DNA of 64,000 bases from assembly GCA_036172245.1 (NCBI GenBank), contig JAYWIR010000020.1:186001-250000 (forward strand), given 5' to 3'. This DNA is from Raillietiella orientalis. Taxonomy: Eukaryota. The number at the start of each line of letters is the position of its first letter. Positions within the stretch are counted from its first letter, which is position 1. Positions 61,220-64,000 of this stretch are shown here, in pieces. Below the pieces are notes generated by a model that had not been told where the DNA came from, searched no databases, and saw only the letters and a list, made by a program, of their open reading frames with translations. The position numbers and the translations under genes are program-made.

Positions 61220-62450
61220 ACTCAAGAAACGATGATTGCAGGATCTACACCTTGCACGTGATACTTGCAAAGTAGGGGACTCCGTAGAACGAACCCAAGC
61301 TTTTTTCTCCTAGATGTAAATGGGACGCGTAATTCGCTCTCCTTTCGTGGATTCAAGCAGAGAGGCCCCTGACTCAGGACTTGCTCGCCGCAGATGCCAG
61401 TTCTGAGAAGACAGAGAGCTTTGGTCTCGATTTCCTTTCTATCTATGCTTACAAAGATGCAGAACAGAGACTTCCGCAGCCACGGGTTCATTCCATCAGC
61501 TTCCATCAGCGTCTCCGTAACCAACAAGAAACCATAGGAGCTTGAATGGGCTCGCGTCCATCTTTGACAATCTTGGTATTACAAATTGGATGACGATTTT
61601 CTTATTATTAGATTTATTATTATCATCATTGTGTATGTCATTTCTTTCGAGAATCAAAATGACTGACTCATCATGCTGACTATGGGAACGGCCAGATGCT
61701 CTCATTTCACCTTGTACTTCTTGAACTCCTCTCATGAGGAAACGATTTGTTGCACATCCCCCCTCAGGCTGTGATTCTCGAGTTTTCGCCCAACTCACTG
61801 GATTGGAAACTCATTTCCTTTTTTCTTTTGATTGCTGTTGTTCCTGGAAAACGAACTTACCTGATGTGACGACACTCACTCTGAGAGGTTTTTCCGACCC
61901 CTTGCCACTTCTGTTCCGACATACCTTGGTAGAACATCTTCTCCGTGCTTCCTCGTCTTACTTTTCAAGATCTTTCGAGCACTTCCATTCTGATGACGAG
62001 GAAATTTTCTGCTTTCTGCACACCGAGAACGCTTTATTTCTTTGCCTGCAAGCCCCCCCTCCATCTTGGTTTTGGCGTTCCTTTCGCGATTCAGACCATT
62101 GCAAACCTGATCTGTGCACCGCTTGAGAGAAGTGACGGGGTGAGTTTCAAGTCTTTTCCGAATCACAGATTTTCATGACTCCCCATTAGATGACGAAAGA
62201 TCCTCGGCAAAAATGCAAGACGAGCCTTTCTTAGTTGGACAAGCCATCCCAAAGTGATTCTTAAACGTCCGATGTTCTCAGTCACTGTTTTCATCTTGTC
62301 TCCTATTACGATTCAAGGAGGATTTAAGGGATTTCCTTCCCTTGAACTGTGGAATTGGAGAGACTGGCTACATACGATGCAGCTTTCTCGGAGCAAAACG
62401 GTTTACTCCCATCGAACGGACGTGCTTAAGAAAGCACCGTGTATTTCGGT
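61220..62450 (-). mobile_element. Possible decayed LINE ORF2 5' part (endonuclease to RT)
   Basis: IVIGD, LKLTPSLL (WKLNxSLL-like), then ETLMEADGMNPWL and RTGI..QVLS. The order is plausible but the sequence is heavily disrupted. Confidence 0.4.
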
Positions 62451-64000
62451 ACCGTTCTAGGTTTATACCGTTTTCATGGTTCCGGAAAAATCATTTGGGA
62501 TCGATTTAAAAAGCCGCCCCAAAGCGGAAGGGAAAAAAATCTCCTGATTTCGAAAACTGTTTGTGCAGCTCCAAGTATCCTCGACTGATGTGAACAACGT
62601 GGCTCAGGACTCAGGAGTCATTACTTTCTTCTTGCTTGACCTGTGCATCTCATTTGACTCGCACGTTCTCTCGGTATTCGTGTGTGCTCTTAAGGAAAGA
62701 GCTCGCTCACACGCACGTATTGATGCCGAGAAATTGATCACATCCGTGCATTTTCATCGTGCGGAAGGGATGCTCATTTGTTCCTTGCATTTGAAATGAT
62801 GGATGTGGAAAACTCCCGCTTCGTATCCGTGATTGGATTGTCCGTAAAACGTTCGTCTGCACTTGTAAATAAATTATGCGAGATTTGGGAATGCGCTTCA
62901 AGATCCAGCGCTACCATCAGTGGAACCTTGATCAAAGATGATCAGTATGATCAATGGAGTAAGGAGGAGGCAATTTCCTCGATGCCATGAGTAAGGACGA
63001 CTGAGATGCAAACGATGCCTCGGCCCAAGCATCCAGGTACGGTTTGTACGTCGACGAGCACTTATTCATTGACTGGACAGGGGTTGATGTGCGGCCTGAG
63101 ATCAGGCAGATGCGGTTATACGTGAGCAATTATTTTTGTCCATTTCTTTGGAGATCTGGAGAGTCAAGAAGGCATATGAATGAAGAGCAGGAGTTGCACA
63201 CCTCAGATGAATTCATGGAAACAATGGAACAGCATATTCTTCCGCTGAGCGTGCTCACATGCTTCCTGGAAGACACTTCAGAGAAGTGACAACGGTGATG
63301 GTGACTTCTGGAATTCATCTGGTCACGTGTGCGCTTGTGGGCAAACGTGAGGCACAAATCAATCATCAAAAATGTGTTTCGCTTCCGTACATGAAGAAAT
63401 GAAAAAACGATCCTTTGATTTCTTTGAGATTTTCGATTGAGTTTGCACATCTGCGTTCATCTGTGGACGGAAAGCTCAGTTTCAGAGATCGTAGAAGGAC
63501 ATCGCTAGGGCTGCTGGACACGTGCAGAAAGTCTCACTTCTTTGCTTGGGTCGGCATATATCAGACAATGCGTTCCACGGAATTCCGATCGGATTCCCAC
63601 TCGTTTATTCATCCTTCATCCGGCAGGCGTTAGATAAAAGTCAATCAATGCTTTTCGTTGAGAAAGAAAAAACTCCAAAATCATAGAATTATGATGAATG
63701 GCAGAACACACCTGGCTGAAAATTCTTACGAGAACACGAAAGGTTCTCTTTGGATTAGCAGCCTGGAGGGAAAATTAAGTACGAAATGCTGATGCGAAAT
63801 GAGAGAATACACTTCAGAGATGCACTCTTCCTCCTGTGATATGCATGCTAAGCTCCTGTTCACTTTCTTAATTAGGGCTTGTTTTGAGATCGCATCTGAT
63901 CACGATGAGGAACCTCGTTATCGAGAGAGAGAAGTAGCTGAACTTCCCTTGGCACCTCAACTCCCTGCAATGCTGTGCGATTTCTTCACAGAAAGAGCAC

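Noticed and set aside
62950..63130. piggyBac-like words (WS...MSKD, VDEHL)
   Set aside because: Spacing is far shorter than in piggyBac transposases, and I saw no TTAA-flanked TIRs or other catalytic motifs.

Overview
Eukaryotic-looking, essentially non-genic window. I see no operon structure, rRNA, intact tRNA, CRISPR array or convincing intact protein-coding gene, and most entries in the ORF track look like chance frames in GC-rich DNA. Recognisable content: (i) five near full-length copies (about 590-680 bp, between 3.9 and 28.6 kb) of a tRNA-headed SINE-like element whose body is an ordered array of roughly 10-12 diverged ~35-42 nt units, many centred on a CCC-TTCG-GGG hairpin; (ii) a dense cluster of decayed L1/Tx1-like LINE fragments at about 43-62 kb (APE endonuclease, RT with YADD, PxxDGGLG and zf-RVT motifs), in both orientations and from at least two families; (iii) at least six scattered remnants of one putative LINE ORF1 family, mostly without an adjacent ORF2; (iv) an 83-bp inverted repeat, short AT-rich islands rich in homeodomain/POU-type motifs, and a triple STAT-like palindrome. 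The last two weakly suggest an animal regulatory landscape. All alignments were made by eye, so boundaries are approximate (about +/-20-50 bp). The organism cannot be determined from this window.
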